Positions 8,067 through 16,603 of a stretch of DNA of 32,000 nucleotides are shown here, in pieces; the stretch's first letter is position 1; each line of letters starts with the position of its first letter. Both the position numbers and the translations under genes were made by a program. The notes under the pieces were generated by a model. That model worked only from the letters and a program-made list of their open reading frames with translations, did no database searches and was not told where the DNA came from. Origin of the DNA: Nitrosospira multiformis ATCC 25196 (GTDB lineage: Bacteria > Pseudomonadota > Gammaproteobacteria > Burkholderiales > Nitrosomonadaceae); assembly GCF_000196355.1 (NCBI RefSeq), contig NC_007614.1:1110001-1142000 (forward strand). The letters run 5' to 3'.

Positions 8067-9407
8067 CTAGAAAGCAGCTGGAAAATTATTCAAAACAATT
8101 TCTCCGCCCGAAATAACCAGATCCGGGTATTCCAGATTTTTCAGGTTATGGGTGGGATCCCCCTTGATGGCGATCACGTCGGCGGGCGCGCCGGGCAGAA
8201 GGGTGCCGAGAAGGGGCAAGCCGAGGTGTTCCCCCGCTTTCGACGTGGCCGCGCGCAGGACCTCCAGGGTTTCCATATTTCCCATCTGCATCATGTACAT
8301 AAGCTCTTGGGCGTCGATTCCCCTGGGAACATCCGGGTGTGCGATTTCAGCGCCGTACAGCAGTTCGCCACCCTGTTCCCGCCAGACCCGGGTATTGTGC
8401 GCAACACCGGGACATTTCGACAGGGTATCGAGCGTCGTAACTATTCTGACACCCTGTGACACGGCTTTTTTTAACAGAGGCTCGGGGATGATGTCGCAGG
8501 GAACATGAGCCCACTCATCGATTCCCGCGTTGATGGCAATCTCCGCGCCTTTTACTTCGGCGATATGGGCCGTTACCCTGCGTTTGTTCACATGGGCTTC
8601 GTCCACTATCGCCTTTACGACTCTTTCAGCGAGCAGGGGCCAGGCAGTACCGAGACCAGTATTGGGATGTGGGTGAGAGGAATGGGCGTCGTTTGCCGCT
8701 TCGTGGTTTGGCGGTTCGTGATTGGGCTGTGCATGATGAGCATGATTACCGGCGGCCGCATGGTTGTGGTGATGCACATGCGCATGGCCGCACGACCACG
8801 GCGCGCCCGGCTCGCCGCCGGGTTCCAGGGCAATCTTGATCACCACCGCGCCCGCATCGATCAGGTTTCGGACTGTTTCTCTTGCTTCTTTCTCCGTGGA
8901 TACCGGTGTTGCGATATTCTTTTCCCCTGTCAGCGGGATAGGATAACCGCCAGGTGCGGTGATGATGGGTCCCGAGGTAAGCATGCGCAGGGTGCCATTT
9001 CCGCCATAGGGCTTGTGTACCGGTCCGCCTACGTCCCGGATTGTGGTAATCCCATGCTTCAATACAGTATCGGCAGGAACATGCTGGAACGAAAGATGGG
9101 CATGCAGTTCGATAAAACCGGGCAGTATCGTCGCGTCCCCCAGATCGATGACTTTTGCATTATCGGGGGCGAATGAGCCGCGTGGGCCGATTTGCGTTAC
9201 CTTTCCGTTTACTACCTGTACCGATGTGTTTGTCCTCATCCTGTGGCCGTCGAAAACCCGTGCGGCATGCAGGAGAAGCGCGTCGTGCTTCCCCATCTGG
9301 GCAACAGCCAGAGGGGAGGCCAGCATGACCGACATCAACGATAAACCTGTCGTGATTCGGCTGGCGAGGCTGATGAGGCTGGTGATTTTCAGGCAGACGC
9401 TTTTCAT
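8067..9407 (-). CDS. Periplasmic metal-dependent amidohydrolase family protein with a histidine-rich insertion
   Basis: SD AGGAGA before the ATG and a signal peptide ending ASPLAVAQ. GFIELHAHL is the HxH metal motif, and later His residues occur at VTAHIAEV and EWAHVP. The overall layout resembles COG1228-type amidohydrolases. The 44-aa insert CGHAHVHHHNH...HSSHPHPN contains 14 His. Confidence 0.85.
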   Translation of the reverse strand: MKSVCLKITSLISLASRITTGLSLMSVMLASPLAVAQMGKHDALLLHAARVFDGHRMRTNTSVQVVNGKVTQIGPRGSFAPDNAKVIDLGDATILPGFIELHAHLSFQHVPADTVLKHGITTIRDVGGPVHKPYGGNGTLRMLTSGPIITAPGGYPIPLTGEKNIATPVSTEKEARETVRNLIDAGAVVIKIALEPGGEPGAPWSCGHAHVHHHNHAAAGNHAHHAQPNHEPPNHEAANDAHSSHPHPNTGLGTAWPLLAERVVKAIVDEAHVNKRRVTAHIAEVKGAEIAINAGIDEWAHVPCDIIPEPLLKKAVSQGVRIVTTLDTLSKCPGVAHNTRVWREQGGELLYGAEIAHPDVPRGIDAQELMYMMQMGNMETLEVLRAATSKAGEHLGLPLLGTLLPGAPADVIAIKGDPTHNLKNLEYPDLVISGGEIVLNNFPAAF

Positions 9408-9471
9408 GGCCTTTTCTCCTTTTTCCTATATCTTGATTGCGTTCCAGATGCTGCTCGATTCAGCAGTATTT

Positions 9472-10620
9472 TTAAAACTCGTTCGGCTTCAGCATATCCA
9501 GCAGAACGCAGAGAGCGGCCATGAGAAAAAAACTGCCCCAGGCAGATTCGACCATTTCCTCTTTGTTGCTGTTGGTCTTATAACAGCAGCCCCAGAATAT
9601 TCCGGAAGGCGAATCGCCACTTTTTACATGGCTGCCGTTTTCATGAAAACCGGTGAAGTAATCGCTTCGAACGATCGCGGCAATCTCCCGATGGGCGGAA
9701 GCACGCCATTGCATCCCGTCCGCCAGCAGTTCAGCGAGGGTGAGCATTGCGAGGGACGCGATGACCGAGGACGAAGGGTCGGCAAGACCTGATGGATCAT
9801 CCAGCCGATTCAGGGGCAGGAGCGCCAATCGCGAGCGCTTCCAGTATTCACACGCGCGCAACGTGCAGGTCAGATAAGGTTCTCCCCACAGTGCTGCTGC
9901 CCGGCTTAGGCCCAGCATGGCCCACGCTTGACCGCGAGACCATACGCCTGCCGGTTCCGTTGGCCGAAAGTGCCCGTCAGCGAAGCGCGCGCCGGGGTGA
10001 AATGCGCCATTGCCGATACCGCACACTCCCGCCAGGGTGCTTGCGTGAGTACGCGCGACTTGATGATGAGCACTATCCTCACTATGATTCAGAAGCTGGA
10101 TCAGGGGAGCAAGCGAGTCCACGGAGATGAGTTGATGGCCTTCCTTTCCGCCTCCCATATCTCTACCAAGTGGAATGCAATGCATTTCCGGATCATAGGA
10201 AGAGGCAATCGTGGAAATGGATGCCGAGGCAAGGCCACGCGCCTTTGCGTCACTGAACCAGAGATCGCCAAGTGCTGCCCCGTACCAGAATATGAGGTTT
10301 CGGTTAATGGAGTCGGTTGCCATTTTAGGCGACAGCCGCTGGCAGATGGCGGCAGCTTTATGGCGATCGGACAGGGAACCTGTTATCCGTGACCGTAGCC
10401 ACCAGCACGCCCCCCAGTATCCTCCGACCCAGGAACCGCCTGCCGATAAGATCCATCGATCGGCAACCTTCGGCGAATAAAGTGGAAAACTGTTCGCGCA
10501 GCTCGAATGAATGGTCCCCATGCGCTGTACCAGCAACTCCAGTGCCTGCTTCATTTCTGCAGGATTCAACAGGACGCCTGACGACTGCTCCTCGATGCTG
10601 TATCGGGTCTTTTCAAGCAT
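9472..10620 (-). CDS. GH88/GH105-like (alpha/alpha)6-toroid protein (unsaturated glucuronyl hydrolase family-like), with no signal peptide
   Basis: GGSWVGGYWGACWWL, WSRGQAWAMLGL, DPSSSVIASLAML.LAELL and ESAWGSFFLMAAL resemble the conserved blocks of glycoside hydrolase family 88. There is no N-terminal export signal and no obvious SD. The family call is from motif memory only. Confidence 0.6.
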   Translation of the reverse strand: MLEKTRYSIEEQSSGVLLNPAEMKQALELLVQRMGTIHSSCANSFPLYSPKVADRWILSAGGSWVGGYWGACWWLRSRITGSLSDRHKAAAICQRLSPKMATDSINRNLIFWYGAALGDLWFSDAKARGLASASISTIASSYDPEMHCIPLGRDMGGGKEGHQLISVDSLAPLIQLLNHSEDSAHHQVARTHASTLAGVCGIGNGAFHPGARFADGHFRPTEPAGVWSRGQAWAMLGLSRAAALWGEPYLTCTLRACEYWKRSRLALLPLNRLDDPSGLADPSSSVIASLAMLTLAELLADGMQWRASAHREIAAIVRSDYFTGFHENGSHVKSGDSPSGIFWGCCYKTNSNKEEMVESAWGSFFLMAALCVLLDMLKPNEF

Positions 10621-10649
10621 GTGCGTAAGAGATCAAGTAAAAAGTTGCT

Positions 10650-12317
10650 TCAAAAAACCAGGCTGAAGTCGATGTAGACCATGTCCGCATCTTTCTTGCC
10701 CTGATAAAAATTCCTGACCACGCTGCCGCCGAATGCATGGCCGTAATAGAACCGCCATGACAAGTGCTTGTTGAGCGTGTGCGTGAAACTGATGTCCACC
10801 AATTGACCTACATCACTTTTGCCGCCGGAGGGGCGACCCGAGTAGCCAAATGCACCCGAGCGGGACGTCGGTCCGAGCCCTGAGTAGAACAGATCACTCG
10901 AATTGCTGAGGGACAGATGGTGCAGATCGATTGTCACTCTGGTTTTCGGAGTGGGCGAGACGATCATCTGAAGAAATGCATCCTGCATATTAATGAGGTT
11001 GTAGAAAGGGAGCTTGGCATACGCACGCCCGCTGGGAAGGGCGGTAAAGTAGGTTTTATGCGTGCCGTCATTGGCCTTGTCGTCGCCTGAACTTCTGAAA
11101 TAGAGCGCCCGCAGCCATGGCTGGAAGGGAAGAGCCGTCCATTGATATCCGGCCTCTGCCGCAATCGCCCATGCCTGGTGGCCCTGGTTGGTCCAGTCAC
11201 CGAACTGATAAGCCCCCCACAACAACGCATCGATGCTGCCCGACCCTAACGGATGGAGGGTGAGCAGGTGCGCGCCGATGGTATGGAGATTCAGGTTCTG
11301 GTTATCAAGCCTGGGCCGTTCTGCGGCAGGACGGTTGTCCACCGCCTGCGTGTTGCGTTTGTCCTCGTAATTGAGGTAGAAGAGGCGACCTTCTGTTCCT
11401 GGGAGCAGAACATCCTTCTTGCTGGTGAGTGCCGCGTAAAACAGATTGATGTCGCCGATTTCTTTTTGCCCCTGGACGGTGAACCCGCCCTGGGTGGGAC
11501 GTATCCCGGCAGCCGTTACATTGAAACCGGGCCGGTCATAAACAGCGGTAAAGCCGTCGAAGCTTCGACCTACATGGACGACGTTGGAGGCAAGGAGGCG
11601 TTGGGCGATACGTGCCCGTTTAAGGCCGTCGAACTTGCCGATGCCTGTTGTATATTCCATGCCATCCATGAACTCGAACCGGCCGATTTTAAGCAACGCT
11701 CCCGGCAGCCCCAATGAACTGAACTTGAAGTCGAGATAAACCTGTTTCAGAAAAACGTTGCTGGCATTCGTTGACTGGTTGGCAAGGAAATAGGCGCCGC
11801 CCAGTCCCAGCGGGCCGCCGGGAGATGCAACCGCATCGTCCGGAAGGCTGTATAAACCGATATATTGGGCTTGCGCATAGCCATCGATATAGGGCGTGGT
11901 GAGCAGGGCGCCCAATCTTGCCCGCGCTGCCCACAAGCCATAATCGTTGTTGTTATTGGTTGCCGGGTCTGGTCGAAAAAAATTCCAGGTCTCGTGGCTG
12001 CCGTACAGCTCGCCCATCAGCCGCAGATATTCGTTAATCTGACCTATGGGTTTGATGCCGTCCGCAGCAGCCCATGTACCCGTGGCTTGAAACATGAGGC
12101 AGATCAAGATGCAAAGGATTTCCCATCTTGATCGTCTTCGACGGTTATTCTTAGGGAATCGCTGAACAAATCCCTCGCAGGCGCGACGGTGGCTTTGCGG
12201 GATGAGATGCGCGAAAGGCGACGACGCGAATGGCTGATCCCCTTCGCTAGGAGTCTGACAGCGCAGATCGCCCGCAAAGCTCCGTCCCAGGGGGTTGCAG
12301 CAAAATCGCACGCTCAC
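10650..12317 (-). CDS. Outer-membrane beta-barrel porin-like protein; start codon unresolved
   Basis: The body has alternating amphipathic strands rich in Y/G, and the C-terminus ..MVYIDFSLVF has the terminal Phe typical of OM barrels. There is a good signal-like segment RRRRSRWEILCILICLMFQATGTWAA/ADG, but no ATG, GTG or TTG lies directly upstream of it. The only upstream in-frame ATG (12317) sits inside the palindromic repeat element at 12161-12422. The subfamily (alginate-export-like?) is not established. Confidence 0.6.
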   Translation of the reverse strand: MSVRFCCNPLGRSFAGDLRCQTPSEGDQPFASSPFAHLIPQSHRRACEGFVQRFPKNNRRRRSRWEILCILICLMFQATGTWAAADGIKPIGQINEYLRLMGELYGSHETWNFFRPDPATNNNNDYGLWAARARLGALLTTPYIDGYAQAQYIGLYSLPDDAVASPGGPLGLGGAYFLANQSTNASNVFLKQVYLDFKFSSLGLPGALLKIGRFEFMDGMEYTTGIGKFDGLKRARIAQRLLASNVVHVGRSFDGFTAVYDRPGFNVTAAGIRPTQGGFTVQGQKEIGDINLFYAALTSKKDVLLPGTEGRLFYLNYEDKRNTQAVDNRPAAERPRLDNQNLNLHTIGAHLLTLHPLGSGSIDALLWGAYQFGDWTNQGHQAWAIAAEAGYQWTALPFQPWLRALYFRSSGDDKANDGTHKTYFTALPSGRAYAKLPFYNLINMQDAFLQMIVSPTPKTRVTIDLHHLSLSNSSDLFYSGLGPTSRSGAFGYSGRPSGGKSDVGQLVDISFTHTLNKHLSWRFYYGHAFGGSVVRNFYQGKKDADMVYIDFSLVF

Positions 12318-12422
12318 TTCGTTGCGCTCCTTGGCATCGTAGTCCGAGCTACGAGCTTCGTCGCGCGCCTCGTGATCATCCCGATTTTGACAGCAACGCG
12401 CTCTGCGGAGGATTTGTTCAGC
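12161..12422. repeat. 262-bp nested-palindrome element with ~25-bp terminal inverted repeats (REP/BIME- or MITE-like)
   Basis: The left end gctgaacaaatccctcgcaggcgcg (12161-12185) matches the reverse complement of the right end cgcgctctgcggaggatttgttcagc (12397-12422). Internal arms include gacggtggctttgcgggatgagatgcgc (12184-12211) versus 12258-12285, with a perfect 10-bp gctttgcggg/cccgcaaagc. A second hairpin pairs ttgcagcaaaatcg (about 12296) with cgattttgacagcaa (about 12382). Confidence 0.6.
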
Positions 12423-12502
12423 GGTTCCTTAATTACAAACACTAAACTGTCTTCTTGCGCTGCTTGGATTACTCTTGCGCGAGATCATGGGAGTTATTGG
12501 AT

Positions 12503-13741
12503 TCATGGCTTCACAGGTTCTTGCACCTTTGCGGTAGTCGCGCGCTGAACCGCGCCAGTTGGCGCCGGTGTTTGCGCCTTGCGCCGTCGGGCAGAAGCCA
12601 GTCCCAGGGCCGTCAGGCACCCGCACAAGAGCACGCCGATCAACAAGCCCCAGGAAGACTGGGAGTTGCCGGAATAATTCGAAAACTCGCTATAAAGGGG
12701 CGGGCCGGATGCGAACCCGCTGAAGAAAGCGACTGAAACAAAACCGGATGCCGTTGCTATCGGGCCAAATGTGGCATCCCTGATCAACATGCTCATTGCG
12801 ATTGCATTGGTGCCGACGGCGGTGAGGCCCATTCCCACAGCTCCTGCCCAGAGGGGCCAATGACTGTCCGCATTGGCCCTCATCGTCACCGCGATTGCGC
12901 AAGCTGCAATGGCGATGAGCACAATCAGAAGCAGCGATTCGTCTTTCATTCTGGCACCGAGGGGTGTCAATGTTATCCGCGAGAGTATCCCCATCACGCC
13001 GAAGACGGCGATCAAGCTTCCCGCCACCGACAGCGCCATCCCTTGGCGGACGGCAAAGGTCGGCAGGAACGTAACGAAGGCGGAGAGTGCTATACCCACG
13101 CAAAACTGGATGGCCATCAAACGCAGCAGCAGTACATTTGGCAGGGGGACAGTGAAAGCTTTACGCGTTTCCGAGGGTTTCCGCGGAGCGATGAAGGGTG
13201 TCGTAATTCCGAACAGTATCGCTACCGGAACAACGATGCCGAATGCGGCATGCCACCCGTATTGCGTTGCGATGGCGGGAAGAATGAGACCTGCAAAAAG
13301 CGCCGCAAGCTGAACGCCGGATTGCTTGAATCCTACGACTGTCGCCTTTTTCTCCGGTGAAACATGCTGCGCGATCAGTAAATTGGTGACCGGGTTTGCC
13401 AGCGCCTGGGCGATTCCGCAAATGGCAGCCGCTGCAACCAGGGAGTAATAATCTTCAACCGTTGCAATCAGCGCAAAAGCAAGCGCTACGGCGAAGAAGA
13501 GCACTGCCAGCGCTCGGCGTGTCCCGATCCGGTCGACGAACGCGCCTGACCAGAGCGATAGAATGGCCGCGATGCCGAATGCACTCATCACGAGATAACC
13601 CGGCAGTCCGGGCTCGAAGCGCAGATCGCGCACGAGGAATGGTCCAAGCGTGCTGATGGCATACAAGACAAGCATCGGCAGGGCCATGGCAAATACCAGG
13701 ACAATCCTGAACCAGATGCCTGCAAATAGTGATTTAGCCAA
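12503..13741 (-). CDS. MFS transporter (candidate exporter/importer for the cluster product)
   Basis: 412 aa with about 12 hydrophobic segments and typical MFS loop motifs (e.g. FVDRIGTRR between TM2 and TM3). The TTG start overlaps the upstream ACAD stop by 8 nt. Confidence 0.85.
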   Translation of the reverse strand: MAKSLFAGIWFRIVLVFAMALPMLVLYAISTLGPFLVRDLRFEPGLPGYLVMSAFGIAAILSLWSGAFVDRIGTRRALAVLFFAVALAFALIATVEDYYSLVAAAAICGIAQALANPVTNLLIAQHVSPEKKATVVGFKQSGVQLAALFAGLILPAIATQYGWHAAFGIVVPVAILFGITTPFIAPRKPSETRKAFTVPLPNVLLLRLMAIQFCVGIALSAFVTFLPTFAVRQGMALSVAGSLIAVFGVMGILSRITLTPLGARMKDESLLLIVLIAIAACAIAVTMRANADSHWPLWAGAVGMGLTAVGTNAIAMSMLIRDATFGPIATASGFVSVAFFSGFASGPPLYSEFSNYSGNSQSSWGLLIGVLLCGCLTALGLASARRRKAQTPAPTGAVQRATTAKVQEPVKP

Positions 13742-14954
13742 AATGATAAACGTCCTCTTCCTTGAAGAAGTCGATGAGCCGGCGGCCTGTCGAACTGATA
13801 AGCGACTCGTCGGTGCCGTCGAGAATTCGCGACGTGCGCGCTATCCTGTAAATTCCGGAGAGGGGCGTGAGGTCGCTGATGCCTTCAGCACCATAAAGCT
13901 GCACCGCTGAATCGGAGGCAATGCAGAGTGCTTGTGACGCAGCCATTTTGGCGACATTGATCCGCACATCGCTGGGGCATTGAATATCGATTCCGCGTGC
14001 AGCAACGCGAATCAATTCGCGCGCGCTTGCAATAGCCTGATAAGTGTTGGCAATGTGCTGCCTTACGAGCTGCTTGTAAGGCAGCCGGGCTGAAAGGCCG
14101 CGGCGGGAATTGATGCGCATACCCATCAGGTCGAAACATCGTTGCGCCAGTCCCACCCAGTTCATCGCGCGAAGCAGACGGCCGAGACGGAGCCGTTGAC
14201 TCATCAGCTCTGTGCCATTGTCATTTTTGCCCAACCGGTTATATTCGGGGACCTGCACATCGGTGAAAGACATTTCACCCTGGCCCAGAAAACGCCCCAG
14301 TATGGGAATCTGGCGCTCGATACTGAATCCAGGGGAGTTCGTGGGAACAAGGATCATTGAAAGCGTCTGGCGGGTATGGATTTCTTCTTTGCCAGTGCGC
14401 GCCAGAACCGTGACAAAAGTGGCACGGTCGGCATTGCCGACAAACCATTTTCTGCCATTGATCGTCCAGTTTCCGTGCGACAGGTGGGCGGAAGTCGTTA
14501 TCAGCGTGGGAAACGAGCCGCCATGATCGGGCTCGGTCATGCCGTAACTGGGAGTGGCTTCCCCGGCAACCATGGGTTCCAGGAAATTTCTGTGAATTTC
14601 ATCGCTGCCGAACTTCAGGAGCATGTGCGCATCCAGGGCTGAATGGCTGCCAAAGATCGCGGACGAGAACTCTGAGCGTCCTTCCTGCTCGGCTACGATC
14701 AGGTAATCTTCAAGAGAAGCAATTTTTCCGCTGTGGGAGAGCGGATAAAACAGGCCCCAGAGGCCGGCACGCCGTGCTTTTTCGGTCAATTCCGATTGCA
14801 GTTGCGCTGCCGAATCCCCTCCCTCGGCCAGGCGCGGCTCGCAAGGGATGATTACCTTGTCGACGAACTTTCTTACCTCGCACGAAAGAGATCGGGCTGC
14901 TTCGGTATGGGAGGATGCTTGCTCCTGATATGCTTGCAGCATCAATGTGCCCAT
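13734..14954 (-). CDS. Acyl-CoA dehydrogenase family flavoprotein
   Basis: GMTEPDHGGS (the GxTEPxxGS motif), QLYGAEGIS, and the C-terminal RILDGTDE with the Glu at the catalytic-base position. The start overlaps the ligase stop by 13 nt. Confidence 0.85.
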   Translation of the reverse strand: MGTLMLQAYQEQASSHTEAARSLSCEVRKFVDKVIIPCEPRLAEGGDSAAQLQSELTEKARRAGLWGLFYPLSHSGKIASLEDYLIVAEQEGRSEFSSAIFGSHSALDAHMLLKFGSDEIHRNFLEPMVAGEATPSYGMTEPDHGGSFPTLITTSAHLSHGNWTINGRKWFVGNADRATFVTVLARTGKEEIHTRQTLSMILVPTNSPGFSIERQIPILGRFLGQGEMSFTDVQVPEYNRLGKNDNGTELMSQRLRLGRLLRAMNWVGLAQRCFDLMGMRINSRRGLSARLPYKQLVRQHIANTYQAIASARELIRVAARGIDIQCPSDVRINVAKMAASQALCIASDSAVQLYGAEGISDLTPLSGIYRIARTSRILDGTDESLISSTGRRLIDFFKEEDVYHFG

Positions 14955-16603
14955 TCGGGATGACTCCGGTGGGCGGGATGTTCCGTGAATTCGATTTCGG
15001 TAGTCAGCCGCTTCTTATCGATTTTTCCCGCAGGGCTGAGGGGCAGCTGGCGGTAATAGCGCAGGTATTCGGGAAGCTTGCTTGTCTCCAGGCCCTTTTC
15101 ATGGAGAAAACGGGTGAACTGGGAAAGTGACGGACGTTCCGCTCCCTCTCTCGTGACGAGACAGAGGCAAACCCTGTGTCCCAGGTCCGCGTCGGGCACC
15201 GGAACACAGGCTGCGCTGACAACCGCCGGATGGGAAACAGCAATGTTTTCAATTTGAGCGGGACTGATATTGACGCCGCCCCGAATGATGATGTCTTTCT
15301 TGCGGCCGGATAGCACCAGATGGCCCTCTTCATCAATAAGGCCGAGGTCACCGGTATACACCCATCCCTCCTGGTCACGGTACAGGGCGTCGAGATCCGG
15401 GTCATTGACGTACTGCATGGGACTTATCGGACCCCTGGCCGCTATTTCTCCTATGCAACCTTGCGGTACTTCCTGCTTCTGGTCATCGATTATACGAATG
15501 GAACAGATTTCCGGATTGGGCCTTCCCGCCGTCCTGATAATGGTTTCCAGGTCATCATCCAGGGTCGTATGACAATTGACGCCATCGGCAGAACCATACA
15601 AGCTGATGAATCCACATCGGAACGCCTTCGTACATCGGCGAATGGAGGTTTCATCGATTTTCGCGCCGCCGCTGATGATGGCAACCAGGCTGGACGTATC
15701 CGCCTGCGTCAACGCAGGGTCTGCGGCAATGCGTTGAAACATCGTGGGAACGCCCAATATATGCGTGGGCTTCAGTTCCGCGAGGGCTTGAATAGCAGCT
15801 GCAACGTCAAATTGCCGCAGGACAATGAGGGAGCCGCCCAGCCAGGATAAAACCCCGAATGTCGCCGTGGAGCCGAATGCGGTGCCGAGCGGCATCAGGT
15901 AAAGACCCCTGAAAGTCTTTCCTTCGGGATGAATTCGTTGCAGAAATCGCCCTCGTCCGCCCGCCAGCGCGTTGTGAGAATAAGCCACCCATTTGGGCTC
16001 GGATTCCGTGCCGGATGAGATCAGGAAACGGGCAGGTGAATCGGGGCAGACTGTCGGCAGGTCCGGTTCAATGGAGGCGGGCCGGAACAATTCATCCAGT
16101 GCGTGCCAACCGTCTCCGGCTGCGCCATCGACCACGAGGATGCGCAGTGAAAGCAAAGTGGGGCGTATGGATTCGATCAATTCGCAAAGGTCGGTTTTTC
16201 CATATTCGCGCTCGACAATAATTGCACGGGCGTCACAGCGTCTGAGCAGGGACTGGATATCGAGGCGGCCGCGGCCTGGCGGAAAAGGTGCCACGATGGC
16301 TCCAAGCGCGGCCGCCGCCAGGTCGATCGCGCAGCTCCGCCAGTCGTTATGAAGCTGGTATGAGATTACATCGCCCGCAACAATGCCCAATTCCTGGAAA
16401 CTGGTTGCCAGGCGATGGACCTTGTCCAGCAACGCTGCGTAACTGGTGGTATGGTCGAGCGATATTACTGCCGGATTATCCGGCTGTTGCTCCACTCGCT
16501 CGCAAAACAACTCGTACAGGGATTTATTCGGATAGATTCCCTGCCGGGCCCATTGCGCGCGGACCTCGGCGGGGACCATATCCAGGATGCCGGAATGGTT
16601 CAT
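14942..16603 (-). CDS. Adenylate-forming acyl-CoA synthetase / AMP-dependent ligase (ANL superfamily)
   Basis: ISSGTESEPK (the A3 P-loop-like motif), YGSADG, YTGDLGLIDEEGHLVLSGRKKDIIIRGGVNISPAQIE (A7/A8) and PAGKIDKKRL (A10 Lys). There is an ATGA start/stop overlap with the CoA-transferase gene. Confidence 0.9.
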   Translation of the reverse strand: MNHSGILDMVPAEVRAQWARQGIYPNKSLYELFCERVEQQPDNPAVISLDHTTSYAALLDKVHRLATSFQELGIVAGDVISYQLHNDWRSCAIDLAAAALGAIVAPFPPGRGRLDIQSLLRRCDARAIIVEREYGKTDLCELIESIRPTLLSLRILVVDGAAGDGWHALDELFRPASIEPDLPTVCPDSPARFLISSGTESEPKWVAYSHNALAGGRGRFLQRIHPEGKTFRGLYLMPLGTAFGSTATFGVLSWLGGSLIVLRQFDVAAAIQALAELKPTHILGVPTMFQRIAADPALTQADTSSLVAIISGGAKIDETSIRRCTKAFRCGFISLYGSADGVNCHTTLDDDLETIIRTAGRPNPEICSIRIIDDQKQEVPQGCIGEIAARGPISPMQYVNDPDLDALYRDQEGWVYTGDLGLIDEEGHLVLSGRKKDIIIRGGVNISPAQIENIAVSHPAVVSAACVPVPDADLGHRVCLCLVTREGAERPSLSQFTRFLHEKGLETSKLPEYLRYYRQLPLSPAGKIDKKRLTTEIEFTEHPAHRSHPEWAH

